Of a stretch of DNA of 64,000 nt, positions 1-9,666 are shown one piece after another. Below the pieces are notes generated by a model. The model had not been told where the DNA came from. It saw nothing but the letters and a program-made list of their open reading frames with translations, and ran no database searches. A program made the translations under genes and the position numbers. Origin of the DNA: an uncultured Alphaproteobacteria bacterium (lineage in GTDB: Bacteria; Pseudomonadota; Alphaproteobacteria; HIMB59; GCA-002718135); contig CACNNQ010000005.1 in assembly GCA_902621855.1 (NCBI GenBank), positions 1,557 to 65,556 on the forward strand, given 5' to 3'. Every line of letters starts with the position of its first letter. The first letter of the stretch is position 1.

Positions 1-1
1 T

Positions 2-1066
2 ATAGTTGGACCAGAACAAGGTATTACTCAGCCAGGCATGACAATAGTTTGTGGTGATAGTCATACAGCAACACATGGAGCATTTGGTGCATTAGCCTTT
101 GGCATCGGCACAAGTGAAGTTGAACATGTGTTAGCTACTCAGACCTTAATTCAAAAACCTGCAAAGAACATGCGTATTTCTGTTGAAGGTAAATTAAGCT
201 TAGGTGTTACAGCAAAAGATATTATTCTTCATATAATAGGCAAAATAGGAACAGCTGGTGGAACTGGTTATGTTATTGAATATGCTGGTAATGCCATTTC
301 CTCTCTTTCTATGGAAGGAAGAATGACAATCTGTAATATGAGTATTGAAGCCGGTGCTAGAGCTGGTTTAATTGCTCCTGATGATAAAACTTTTGAATAT
401 ATTAAAGGTAGACCTTACGCTCCATCAGGAGATAATTGGGATAAAGCATTAGAATTCTGGAAATCCCTTCCATCTGATCAGGGAGCTAAATACGATGAGG
501 AAATTTTAATTAATGCAGAAGATATTTCACCACAAATTACTTGGGGAACTAGTCCACAAGACGTTGTTGCTATAAATGGTATAGTTCCAAATCCTCAAGA
601 GGAGAGTAATCCAAATAGAAAGAAGGCTATGGAACGTTCTCTTGAATACATGGGCTTAGAACCTAAACAAGAAATACAAAAAATTAAAATTGATAAAGTT
701 TTTATTGGTTCTTGCACAAATGGAAGAATTGAGGATTTGAGAGAAGTCGCTAAAGTTGTAGAAGGCAAAAAAGTTTCTGTAGACTCAATGATCGTTCCTG
801 GTTCAGGTCTAGTTAAAAAACAAGCCGAAGAAGAAGGTTTAGATAAAATATTTATTGAAGCAGGATTTGATTGGAGAGAGCCAGGTTGTTCTATGTGTTT
901 GGCAATGAATCCAGATCAATTAAAACCGCAAGAAAGATGTGCATCAACTTCAAATAGAAATTTTGAAGGTAGACAGGGTAGAGAAGGTAGAACACATCTT
1001 GTTAGCCCTGCAATAGCTGCTGCCTCTGCAATCAAGGGCTCTTTTGCAACAGTAGAGGATTTATAA
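2..1066 (+). CDS. leuC: 3-isopropylmalate dehydratase large subunit, 5' end cut by the window edge
   Basis: The frame stays open back to base 2 ([22 protein letters not shown], aconitase-family motif). The C-terminal region [14 protein letters not shown] fits, and leuD follows with zero spacing. Confidence 0.95.
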   Translation: MVGPEQGITQPGMTIVCGDSHTATHGAFGALAFGIGTSEVEHVLATQTLIQKPAKNMRISVEGKLSLGVTAKDIILHIIGKIGTAGGTGYVIEYAGNAISSLSMEGRMTICNMSIEAGARAGLIAPDDKTFEYIKGRPYAPSGDNWDKALEFWKSLPSDQGAKYDEEILINAEDISPQITWGTSPQDVVAINGIVPNPQEESNPNRKKAMERSLEYMGLEPKQEIQKIKIDKVFIGSCTNGRIEDLREVAKVVEGKKVSVDSMIVPGSGLVKKQAEEEGLDKIFIEAGFDWREPGCSMCLAMNPDQLKPQERCASTSNRNFEGRQGREGRTHLVSPAIAAASAIKGSFATVEDL

Positions 1067-1669
1067 ATGGAACCGTTTAAAACAATAATTGGTATTCCTG
1101 CGCCACTACCAATGATTAATGTTGATACTGATATGATTATTCCAAAGCAATTTTTGAAAACAATAAAGAGATCTGGTTTGGGAAAAAACTTATTTCATGA
1201 ATTAAGATACGATATTCAGGGTAACACAAAGAATGATTTTGTTCTTAACTGGGATCCTTATAAAACTTCAAGAATTTTAATTACCGGTGCAAATTTTGGC
1301 TGTGGATCAAGTAGAGAGCATGCACCATGGTCACTTTTAGACTTTGGTTTTAAGTCAATAATTGCACCAAGCTTCGCAGATATTTTCTACAATAATTGTT
1401 TTAAAAATGGAATTCTGCCAATTAAGTTAGATCAACAAAATGTAGATATATTAATGAATGAAGCAGATAATAAAAATGATGTTTCAGTTGATTTAGAAAA
1501 TCAAAAAATCACTTATCAAAATGATAAAACAATAGAATTTGAAATTGATGCATTTCGAAAAAAATGTTTGCTAGAAGGTTTGGATGATATTGGTTTGACA
1601 CTCCAAAAAAATAAAAAAATTGATGTTCACGAAGAAAAAATACACAATATCCAGCCTTGGATAGTGTAG
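1067..1669 (+). CDS. leuD: 3-isopropylmalate dehydratase small subunit
   Basis: 200 aa with the GANFGCGSSREHAPW swivel-domain motif. It sits between leuC and leuB. Confidence 0.95.
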   Translation: MEPFKTIIGIPAPLPMINVDTDMIIPKQFLKTIKRSGLGKNLFHELRYDIQGNTKNDFVLNWDPYKTSRILITGANFGCGSSREHAPWSLLDFGFKSIIAPSFADIFYNNCFKNGILPIKLDQQNVDILMNEADNKNDVSVDLENQKITYQNDKTIEFEIDAFRKKCLLEGLDDIGLTLQKNKKIDVHEEKIHNIQPWIV

Positions 1670-1675
1670 TCAAAA

Positions 1676-2788
1676 ATGAGTAATAAAAAAATTTTAATCT
1701 TACCTGGTGATGGAATTGGCAATGAAGTTATGGCTGAAGTATTAAAAATAATTGATTGGATGGAAAAAACTAAATCTTTATCTTTTGATATTTCTGAAAG
1801 ATTAGTTGGAGGTACAGCATACGATAAAGAAGGTAATTCTATAAGTGATGAAACAATGCAAGTAGCCATGGATTGTGATGCAGTATTATTTGGTGCCGTA
1901 GGAGGTGCTAAGTGGGATAACGTAGAAAGAGATAAAAGACCTGAAGCAGCTTTATTAAGATTAAGAAAAGATCTAGATCTTTTTGCTAATCTAAGACCAG
2001 CGGTTGTTTTAGATGCTCTTTCAGATTCATCATCTTTAAAATCTGATCTTGTTAAAGGATTAGATATTTTGATAATAAGAGAATTAACAAGTGGTGTATA
2101 TTTTGGACAACCAAGAGGTATATCAAAAATTAGTGAGACTGAAAGTAAAGCAGTTGATACTCAACTGTATACCACATCAGAAGTTAATAGAGTTTCACGA
2201 GTTGCATTTGATTTAGCAAAGTTGCGTAATAATAAAGTTACATCAGTAGAAAAATCAAATGTAATGGAAACAGGTTTATTTTGGAAACAAACTGTAACAG
2301 ATTTACATAAAAAGGAATATTCTGATGTTAATTTAGAACACATGCTTGCAGATAACTGTGCAATGCAATTAGTTCGTTATCCAAAACAATTTGATGTTAT
2401 TCTTACAGATAACTTATTTGGTGATCTTTTAAGTGATACTGCAGCTATGCTAACAGGGTCTTTAGGAATGCTTCCTTCAGCAGCTCTTGGACCAGTTAAA
2501 GAAAATGGAACTAGAGCAGCAATGTATGAGCCTGTTCATGGTAGTGCACCAGACATAGCTGGTCAATCTAAAGCAAATCCTTTAGCAATGATCATGAGTT
2601 TTGCTATGATGTTGAAATATAGTTTTGATATGCAAGAAAATAGTCAAATGATTGAGAAAGCTGTACAAAATGTTTTACTAAAAGGTTTAAGAACAGCTGA
2701 TATAAAAGATGGAGCAGAAAAAATTATCTCAACTCAAGAAATGGGCAATGCGGTTATTGAAGAATTAAAAATTCTATCTGGAAATTAA
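1676..2788 (+). CDS. leuB: 3-isopropylmalate dehydrogenase
   Basis: 370 aa. Isocitrate/isopropylmalate dehydrogenase signatures are present ([26 protein letters not shown]). Confidence 0.95.
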   Translation: MSNKKILILPGDGIGNEVMAEVLKIIDWMEKTKSLSFDISERLVGGTAYDKEGNSISDETMQVAMDCDAVLFGAVGGAKWDNVERDKRPEAALLRLRKDLDLFANLRPAVVLDALSDSSSLKSDLVKGLDILIIRELTSGVYFGQPRGISKISETESKAVDTQLYTTSEVNRVSRVAFDLAKLRNNKVTSVEKSNVMETGLFWKQTVTDLHKKEYSDVNLEHMLADNCAMQLVRYPKQFDVILTDNLFGDLLSDTAAMLTGSLGMLPSAALGPVKENGTRAAMYEPVHGSAPDIAGQSKANPLAMIMSFAMMLKYSFDMQENSQMIEKAVQNVLLKGLRTADIKDGAEKIISTQEMGNAVIEELKILSGN

Positions 2789-3832
2789 ATGACTCAAAAA
2801 TACAATATAGCAGTAGCAGGAGCAACAGGTGCAGTTGGAACAGAGATAGTTCAAATATTAGAGCAAAGAGATTTTCCAATAGACAATTTATATTTACTTG
2901 CATCATCAAAATCAAAAGGTAAAAAAGTAGAGTTTAAAGATAAAGAAATTGTTGTAGAAGACTTATCGGAATTTGATTTTTCAAAAGCTCACATTGGTTT
3001 ATTTTCACCTGGTGGTAAAATTTCTGCAGAATATGCACCAAAAGCAGCTAAAACAGGATGTATTGTTATAGACAATACCTCTCACTTTCGAATGCAACAA
3101 AATATTCCTTTAATCGTGCCTGAAGTAAACGCTAATGCACTTGATGAATTTTTTGATGACGAAAACAGAACTAACATTATTTCAAATCCTAACTGCTCAA
3201 CTATACAAATGGTTGTTGCATTAAAACCACTACATGAAAAAGCAATTATAAACAGAGTTGTTGTATCAACATATCAAGCTGTTTCTGGAGCAGGTAAAAC
3301 AGGTATGGATGAATTATTTAATCAGACTCAAAATGTTTATGCAAACCAAGAATTAAAAAAAGAAAAATTTACAAAACAAATTGCTTTTAATGCCATTCCA
3401 CACATTGGAGCTTTTTTAGAAAATGGTAATACAGAAGAAGAGCAAAAAATGATTGATGAAACAAAAAAAATTCTAGACGAGGGAATTAATGTTTCAGCAA
3501 CTTGTGTTAGAACAGCTGTATTTATTGGCCATTCAGAAGCTGTAAATATAGAGTTTGACTCACCATTAGATGAAAAAGAAGCTAAGGAAATTTTATCTAA
3601 CTCTGAAGGTATTTCAGTAATTGATCATCAAAAAGATGAAGGTTATGTGACCCCAGTTGAAATTGCAGGAGAGGATAAAGTTTATATTAGTAGAATTAGA
3701 AATGATAAATCAGTAGATAATGGTTTAAATCTATGGGTAGTTTCAGATAATTTGAGAAAAGGCGCAGCACTTAATGCTGTTCAAATTGCAGAATTAATTA
3801 TTTCAAAATATTCAAATTCCATAAATATTTAA
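2789..3832 (+). CDS. asd: aspartate-semialdehyde dehydrogenase
   Basis: 347 aa with N-terminal GATGAVG, an active-site NPNCST segment and a QAVSGAG motif. It abuts the leuB stop. Confidence 0.93.
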   Translation: MTQKYNIAVAGATGAVGTEIVQILEQRDFPIDNLYLLASSKSKGKKVEFKDKEIVVEDLSEFDFSKAHIGLFSPGGKISAEYAPKAAKTGCIVIDNTSHFRMQQNIPLIVPEVNANALDEFFDDENRTNIISNPNCSTIQMVVALKPLHEKAIINRVVVSTYQAVSGAGKTGMDELFNQTQNVYANQELKKEKFTKQIAFNAIPHIGAFLENGNTEEEQKMIDETKKILDEGINVSATCVRTAVFIGHSEAVNIEFDSPLDEKEAKEILSNSEGISVIDHQKDEGYVTPVEIAGEDKVYISRIRNDKSVDNGLNLWVVSDNLRKGAALNAVQIAELIISKYSNSINI

Positions 3833-3920
3833 TCTTCTATTAATCTTTTTCCATAAATCCATTACATCTTCACTATCTTCTTTTGTAAATAATCTATAAT
3901 TTATTTCCATCACCATTACT

Positions 3921-3995
3921 TGGCGGTCTCGTAGGGACTCGAACCCCAAATCCATGTTCCGAAGACACGTGTGATATCCATTTCACCACGAGACC
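3921..3995 (-). tRNA. tRNA-Arg, anticodon UCG by hand fold
   Basis: The 75-nt reverse complement folds as a cloverleaf. Acceptor GGUCUCG/CGAGACC, D loop with GG then A20, anticodon stem CGUGU/ACAUG, loop CU-UCG-GA, T loop UUCGAGU, encoded GCCA 3' end. Confidence 0.85.
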
Positions 3996-4011
3996 TATTA
4001 ATTTATAGCTT

Positions 4012-4575
4012 TTACCACGAACTATCAGGTTGTTTCAAAAATAATTCTTCCTCTTTTGTAGAAACTCTTTTTAGAAATTTATTTCGATGAGGGTATCTTC
4101 CAAATTTTTTAATAGCTATCGTATGATCATTCCAAGCTTTTTTAATTCTTTCATATTCTTTATGATTTTTTAAATATGTGTCTACTAATTTGTGACCAAA
4201 TATATGATCACTTAAATTCTCACTATGAATAAGAGGTAATAATAAAAAATGTATTTTTTCCATATCTAATTTTTCCAAATATCTTCTATCAATAGCTTTA
4301 TTTACAATTAATCTACATTTATAATCTTGATCATATGCTTTTGAATTATTTCTAAAAAAATTTCTGGATAATTGATCAAGAATTAGAACTAAGGCTACAC
4401 ATTCTTCGGGGTTATTTTGCCATTGCTTATACTCATTATTAATAGCCTTATAATAATCTGTCATAAACAAATCTTTTAATTCATTGTCAAATTTTTCATC
4501 TTTTTTGAACCATTTGTCCATTTTTGTTTTTTTAAAACAAAAATATAGAATAGCTTTAGCTCTTTCATTAATCAT
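4012..4575 (-). CDS. DUF924 family protein
   Basis: 187 aa. LILDQLSRNFFR and the later HSE..DH segments resemble the DUF924 family pattern. Assigned from memory of the family. Confidence 0.7.
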   Translation of the reverse strand: MINERAKAILYFCFKKTKMDKWFKKDEKFDNELKDLFMTDYYKAINNEYKQWQNNPEECVALVLILDQLSRNFFRNNSKAYDQDYKCRLIVNKAIDRRYLEKLDMEKIHFLLLPLIHSENLSDHIFGHKLVDTYLKNHKEYERIKKAWNDHTIAIKKFGRYPHRNKFLKRVSTKEEELFLKQPDSSW

Positions 4576-4605
4576 TTACCTATAATATAAATAACTATTT
4601 TCCTT

Positions 4606-5286
4606 ATGACATTAAGTAAATTAAATAAATTAATAATAGATTGTAGACAGTGCGAACGACTAGTTAATTTTAGAGAAAAAATAGCAACTGAAAAAAGAAA
4701 ACAATATATTGATGAAGAATACTGGGGTAAACCAATTACAGGATATGGTGATGAAAAAGCAAAACTTTTGATGGTAGGTTTAGCCCCAGCAGCACATGGA
4801 GGAAATAGAACTGGTAGAGTTTTTACAGGTGATAAATCTGCAGATTTTCTTTTTAAATGTCTGTTTGAAGCAGGTTTTTGTAATCAACCAATTTCAGTAG
4901 ATAAAAAGGATGGTTTGCTTCTAGACAATTTATATTTGACTACTGCTTTAAAATGTGTGCCTCCAGGAGACAAACCAACTTCTTTAGAATTAAAAACTTG
5001 CTTCAATTATTTTAATAAAGAAATTAATTCATTAAAAAATATTAAAATTATTTTAGCACTTGGTAAAATTGGCTATGATGCCTGTATTAACTATTATAAA
5101 CAATTTTTTAATATCAAAAACAAAGATTATAACTTTGGTCATGGAAGTTTTAATCAATTGCCGGATGGTAAGTTTTTAGTTGGTAGTTACCATCCAAGTC
5201 CAAGAAATGTTAATACAGGAAGGATAAATAAAACTAAAATGATCCATTTACTTAAAAAGGTAAAAAAAGAATTAGATTTTTTATGA
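4606..5286 (+). CDS. uracil-DNA glycosylase superfamily protein (family 4/5-like)
   Basis: 226 aa with an N-terminal CRQCERL and a GLAPAAHGGNRTGRVFTGD motif typical of family-5-type UDGs. A C-terminal HPSPRN motif is also present. Confidence 0.8.
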   Translation: MTLSKLNKLIIDCRQCERLVNFREKIATEKRKQYIDEEYWGKPITGYGDEKAKLLMVGLAPAAHGGNRTGRVFTGDKSADFLFKCLFEAGFCNQPISVDKKDGLLLDNLYLTTALKCVPPGDKPTSLELKTCFNYFNKEINSLKNIKIILALGKIGYDACINYYKQFFNIKNKDYNFGHGSFNQLPDGKFLVGSYHPSPRNVNTGRINKTKMIHLLKKVKKELDFL

Positions 5287-6473
5287 AAAATTTTTTTTTA
5301 TTTGACCCTTTATTATTATTATACGGTTTTTTAATAATCTTTTTCGCCAGTTATGGGCAAACTTTTTTTATAGCAATATTTAACAACGACATAAAAAATT
5401 ATTACAATCTCACTGATGGTCAATTTGGATTAGTCTATGCACTATCTACTACATTAAGTTCAATTTTATTAGTAAATTTTGCTAAGTTAATAGACTTTAT
5501 CGATCTAAGAGTTTATTCTATAATTATTACACTTGGTTTACTAATTCCCTGTATTGCAATTTATTTTTTTTCGTCAAATGTTTTTTATCTTTTCATTATT
5601 CTTTTTGGCCTTAGGTTTTTTGGTCAAGGAGCAATGACGCACGCAGGCATAACTTCAATGACAAGATATTTTGGTAAAGATAAAGGTAAGGCTATTTCTG
5701 TTGGAAACTTAGGTGGTATGTTTGGAGTAATGATTTTGCCAATCATTGTAGTATATTTATATCAATATTTAAATTTTAAGCAGATTTGGTTGTTAGCTTC
5801 ATTATCACTTATTATTTTTTTACCAATATTATATTTTATTCTTTACAACCAAAATGATAGACAAAAAAAATTCGTAGAAACTGTTAAAGATGACAATAAT
5901 ACTTGGAAAACAATAGATGTTATAAAAAATAAACAGTTTTTAATATATTTACCTATAACCTCCTCCTTTTCTTTTATTGGAACTGGATTAATGTTTCATC
6001 AAATATTTATCATAACCCAAAAAGGCTGGACTACTGAGATGTTAGGTACTGGTTTTATCTTTCTTGGGGCATTTTCTATAATTGGTTTAATGGTAGCTGG
6101 TCCCCTTATTGATACTCTTAACCCCCGTAAAGCTATCATTTATTTATTGATACCAATATTTATAGGAATATTAGTTTTAGTCTATTTTCATAATTTCATA
6201 TTTTTGTTAGTTTATATGTCACTCTATGGCTTTAATTTGGGACTTTCTGCACCTTTTATCGGATCTTTATGGGCAGAACTTTTTGGTTTGGAAAGTATAG
6301 GTACAGTTAAGGCGGTATTTCATGCAATAGTTGTTTTGGTAAGCGCACTTTCACCTGTTGTATTTGGATATATAATAGATTGGGGATTTGGTATTGGGAT
6401 GATTTCTTTTATATCTTTATTGATGATTGTTGTTTCGACATTATTACCTATTCTTATTAATAGATATGAATAA
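5283..6473 (+). CDS. MFS-type transporter
   Basis: 396 aa and highly hydrophobic, with about 12 predicted helices. It has an ATGA overlap with the upstream gene. Substrate unknown. Confidence 0.75.
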   Translation: MKNFFLFDPLLLLYGFLIIFFASYGQTFFIAIFNNDIKNYYNLTDGQFGLVYALSTTLSSILLVNFAKLIDFIDLRVYSIIITLGLLIPCIAIYFFSSNVFYLFIILFGLRFFGQGAMTHAGITSMTRYFGKDKGKAISVGNLGGMFGVMILPIIVVYLYQYLNFKQIWLLASLSLIIFLPILYFILYNQNDRQKKFVETVKDDNNTWKTIDVIKNKQFLIYLPITSSFSFIGTGLMFHQIFIITQKGWTTEMLGTGFIFLGAFSIIGLMVAGPLIDTLNPRKAIIYLLIPIFIGILVLVYFHNFIFLLVYMSLYGFNLGLSAPFIGSLWAELFGLESIGTVKAVFHAIVVLVSALSPVVFGYIIDWGFGIGMISFISLLMIVVSTLLPILINRYE

Positions 6474-6606
6474 AGACATTATTGAAAGTATAAATTTTCT
6501 TTTAAAGGAGTACGAAAGATTAAAAAAAAAGAAAGAAATGAAAATAATTACAAAATCAGAGAATGAAACACTAATAAAATTATCAAACTTCTTAGGTAAA
6601 AAATAA
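6466..6606 (+). CDS. candidate small protein, 46 aa, not in the ORF track
   Basis: The ATG at 6466 lies inside the last codons of the MFS gene. The TAA at 6604-6606 shares its last A with the zapE ATG (TAATG). Translation: MNKDIIESINFLLKEYERLKKKKEMKIITKSENETLIKLSNFLGKK. It fills an otherwise odd 132-nt spacer. Confidence 0.4.
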   Translation: MNKDIIESINFLLKEYERLKKKKEMKIITKSENETLIKLSNFLGKK

Positions 6607-7643
6607 TGGCATTTGATGTAATTGATCAATATAGCAGTTTTGTTGAAAATAACTTTATAAAATCTAATAAAGAGCAAATTAGAGTTCTAAAAAATATGAG
6701 CTTAGTATGGCAAAATTATAAAAAGGCAGGAATATTTTCAAATAGCAATAAAAAAGAAGGCATATATATATTTGGCAAAGTTGGAACAGGTAAAACATTT
6801 CTTTCCAATCTATTCTACCAAAATTCTAAAGTTGGTAAAAAAATCCATTTTAATAATTTAATGATACAAATTCATGATGTTATTAAAAGTTCATCTAACA
6901 AAGAAACAGCAATTGAAAATTACATAAAAGATATTGGAAATAAGTTTAAAATTTTATTTATTGATGAAATGCATATTTTTAATATAGTTGATGCATTGAT
7001 TATAAAAAAAATTTTCTTTTTTTTTAAAAAATATAAAATATTTTTGTTAATAACATCTAATTTCCAACCTGATGATCTTTACAAAAATGGTTTACAGAGA
7101 AATGATTTTCTTCCATTTATAGATCTAATTAAAAACAATTATTCAATAATCGATATTCATATTAGTACTGATTATAGAAGACAAACTCTCAATCAATCTA
7201 AAACTTACTTTACTCCAATTAACAAAGAAACAAGTGAAGAGTTTTATAAACTTTTTAATAGATTTGTTGATGAAACGCACTTAACATCCATAATAGTTAA
7301 GTCAAAAAGTAGAGAGATTCTATTTGATAAATGTAGTGCCAATATTTTGTTAACTGAATTTAATAAGATATGTGATAACTATTTGAGTCACGAAGATTAC
7401 ATAAATATAGCTAATAAATTTAAATTAATTTTCCTAAAAAATGTGCCTGAATTAAATGATCAAAATAAAGATTCATGTAGAAGATTTATAAGTTTAATTG
7501 ATATGTTGTATGAAAATAATTGCTCAATTGTTATCCTGGCTTCTAAACCAATCTCTACTTTAAGTACTGTTAAAAGTTTAAATGCTGAATTTAAAAGAAC
7601 TGCAAGTAGACTATATGAAATGACTATTGTTAAGCCAGATTGA
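6606..7643 (+). CDS. zapE: AFG1/ZapE-family ATPase
   Basis: 345 aa with Walker A GKVGTGKTFL and Walker B LFIDEMH. Length and layout are AFG1-like. Confidence 0.85.
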   Translation: MAFDVIDQYSSFVENNFIKSNKEQIRVLKNMSLVWQNYKKAGIFSNSNKKEGIYIFGKVGTGKTFLSNLFYQNSKVGKKIHFNNLMIQIHDVIKSSSNKETAIENYIKDIGNKFKILFIDEMHIFNIVDALIIKKIFFFFKKYKIFLLITSNFQPDDLYKNGLQRNDFLPFIDLIKNNYSIIDIHISTDYRRQTLNQSKTYFTPINKETSEEFYKLFNRFVDETHLTSIIVKSKSREILFDKCSANILLTEFNKICDNYLSHEDYINIANKFKLIFLKNVPELNDQNKDSCRRFISLIDMLYENNCSIVILASKPISTLSTVKSLNAEFKRTASRLYEMTIVKPD

Positions 7644-8629
7644 TGAAATATATATTTCGTTTTTTGTTAAGCATAATTTTTCTATTAATTGTAGTTTACT
7701 TTACAGCAGGCTTTTATGTTGCTTATCAAATCCTTAAGATTGATCCTACGTGTGGTTTACATGAAGGCTCATTGCCAAATTCATGGAGCACAAAAGTAGA
7801 TTCACACCAATACTCAATTCTTTCTCAGCAAAGAATAAGAGAAAATTTTAATTATAAAGATTATTATTTAGATGAATGGCAGGATGTATATTTTCAATCA
7901 CGTGATTATAATATTAAATTAAACGGCTGGTTATTTAACTATTTTCCGAAGAGACCTATAATTATTGTTACACATGGTATCAGTCCAAATGGAAAGTGTA
8001 AATCAGAGTCAAATATTATTGCGGGTTTATTAATTAAGAAAAAATTTAATGTTCTTACAATTGATTTAAGAAATTATGGCCAAAGCGATACAGTAAGTAG
8101 TTATGACGATCTAGGTTTAGAGTCATATAATGATATACTTGGTGCATTTGATTTTTTAAAAAAGATTGGTTTCAAATCTAATAGTATCGGTTTACATGGA
8201 ATATCTCTTGGTGCAAGTACATCTATTTTTGCAGCACATGCAGAACCAGAAATAAAAGCTATCTGGTCTGATAGTTCTCTAGCCGAATTTAAAATGATTT
8301 TAAAAGATGAAATCGCAAGATATGGTCTTACTATAGAGTTCGGACCTGCTGTAAGCTTAGCTGGAAAAATACTAACTGGAATAGATCCAACCGAATTATC
8401 TCCAGCTAAAAAATTATCAGATAAACAATATTATTTTTTTACCCATGGTGATTCTGATACAAGAATTCTAACAAAGCACTTTAATTACTTTAAAGAATAT
8501 TCAAAAAAAAATAATATTAATGCAGATTTCTGGTTGGTAAAAGATGCATATCATGTGGACGCCATGTTTAAGGAGCCTGAATCTTATTCTAAAAAGATGG
8601 AAGATTTTTTTAATAAAAATCTAAATTAG
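7640..8629 (+). CDS. membrane-anchored alpha/beta hydrolase
   Basis: 329 aa with an N-terminal transmembrane helix, nucleophile elbow HGISLGAS, and late D and H residues. ATGA overlap with zapE. Confidence 0.75.
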   Translation: MMKYIFRFLLSIIFLLIVVYFTAGFYVAYQILKIDPTCGLHEGSLPNSWSTKVDSHQYSILSQQRIRENFNYKDYYLDEWQDVYFQSRDYNIKLNGWLFNYFPKRPIIIVTHGISPNGKCKSESNIIAGLLIKKKFNVLTIDLRNYGQSDTVSSYDDLGLESYNDILGAFDFLKKIGFKSNSIGLHGISLGASTSIFAAHAEPEIKAIWSDSSLAEFKMILKDEIARYGLTIEFGPAVSLAGKILTGIDPTELSPAKKLSDKQYYFFTHGDSDTRILTKHFNYFKEYSKKNNINADFWLVKDAYHVDAMFKEPESYSKKMEDFFNKNLN

Positions 8630-8768
8630 GCCGGACTCTGAATCTAGTTTGTACCTTGGCAGACACCTCTCTAGAATAAGAAACTCAACTAATTATCAAA
8701 CGGCGGGTAAGATAATCAATATCCTTGACGTTCCTCCGAAGCAAAGAAATGAGTGTTATCCGGCTTAT
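8630..8768. ncRNA. candidate structured RNA or leader element, class unassigned
   Basis: A G+C-enriched block inside the only long spacer of the window. Terminal arms GCCGGACUC / GAGU..UCCGGC are complementary, and the inner segments UUUG..CCUUGG / CCGAAGCAAA and UUAUC / GAUAA can also pair. Strand is not determined. Confidence 0.35.
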
Positions 8769-8944
8769 TTAGAGTAATATCTATCGATACAAAATTCAAG
8801 ATTTTTAGTAAAATTTGGTAGTAAATTCCTTAAATTTAATGATTATTTGCCATTTTTTATCAACATTTTAATTAACTTCCATTATAGAAAGCTAAGTAGA
8901 ACTAATTCAATTATATTTTGATATTTAAGGATATAGACTTATTT

Positions 8945-9340
8945 ATGGAACGTGAAGAAATTAATAATATGACTGATAATAGACCATTATCACCGCATTT
9001 ATCTATTCATAAAAGAGTACTAACTGCAGTATTCTCAATCTTTCATCGAATATCTGGAATTGGTTTAAGTGTGGGTTCGTTGTTAATTTCTATATGGTTT
9101 TTCTTAATCAGCTCTGGACCTCAATTTTACGTTTATTTTGAATTAATCTCAAAAAATATATTATTTAAACTTGTACTATTGATCTGGACCATTGGTATAT
9201 TTTACCACTTGTTTAATGGTTGTAGAAAATTGTATTGGTCGTTTGGCATCGGAATGGAGCTATCTCAAGTTTATAGATCTGGCTATGTTGTATTATTCCT
9301 TACTATAATATCTACTTTAGGTGTTTGGTATTTCGTATGA
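8945..9340 (+). CDS. sdhC: succinate dehydrogenase cytochrome b556 subunit
   Basis: RPLSPHLSIHK motif, three transmembrane helices, and it heads sdhDAB. The track start at 8918 is TTG. ATG at 8945 is preferred and ATG at 8969 is also possible. Confidence 0.85.
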   Translation: MEREEINNMTDNRPLSPHLSIHKRVLTAVFSIFHRISGIGLSVGSLLISIWFFLISSGPQFYVYFELISKNILFKLVLLIWTIGIFYHLFNGCRKLYWSFGIGMELSQVYRSGYVVLFLTIISTLGVWYFV

Positions 9341-9666
9341 AAAATTACGCTCTTAAATGGTTAACTCAAAGAATTACTGCTTCTATTTTAATTCCACTTA
9401 CCTTCTGGTTTATTTATTCAGCAATATCATTATCAAAGATGGCTTACTATGAAATTGAAATCTTTTTTCAGTCCTACTTAAATGCATTTTTATTTTTTGT
9501 AATGATGCAATCAATGCTCCTACATTCAAAATTAGGAATTCAGACAATCATTGAAGATTATGTCACATCGAAAAAAACAGCTAAATTTATTAAAGTAAGT
9601 ATTAATTATCTTATTTATTTTTTCATGATTCTAATAACAATAAATATACTAAGAATGGTACTTTAA
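9337..9666 (+). CDS. sdhD: succinate dehydrogenase membrane anchor subunit
   Basis: A hydrophobic protein of about 109 aa between sdhC and sdhA. The ATG at 9337 overlaps the sdhC TGA (ATGA). The track start at 9325 is TTG. Confidence 0.85.
   Translation: MKNYALKWLTQRITASILIPLTFWFIYSAISLSKMAYYEIEIFFQSYLNAFLFFVMMQSMLLHSKLGIQTIIEDYVTSKKTAKFIKVSINYLIYFFMILITINILRMVL

Noticed and set aside
3812-3916. 34-codon minus-strand ORF (MVMEINYRLFTKEDSEDVMDLWKKINRRLNIYGI) beside tRNA-Arg, resembling the first strand-helix of a GNAT acetyltransferase
   Set aside because: It is too short to be a functional GNAT and runs into the asd 3' end. It is at most a gene relic and could be chance.
6444-6677. 77-aa minus-strand ORF spanning the MFS-zapE junction
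   Set aside because: It overlaps the ends of two confident plus-strand genes and is low-complexity. The plus-strand 46-codon ORF with coupled start and stop explains the spacer better.
8630-8768. Assignment of the G+C-rich spacer element to SRP RNA, tmRNA, RNase P, or a TPP or glycine riboswitch
   Set aside because: I checked by eye for the diagnostic motifs: GGAA tetraloop with AGCAGC, T-loop GGUUCGA, GAGGAAAGUCC, CUGAGA/ACCUGAUCUGGAUAAUGCCAGC, and GGAGAG/CCGAAGGGGCAA. None is present beyond partial chance matches such as CCGAAGCAA. It is kept only as an unclassified candidate.
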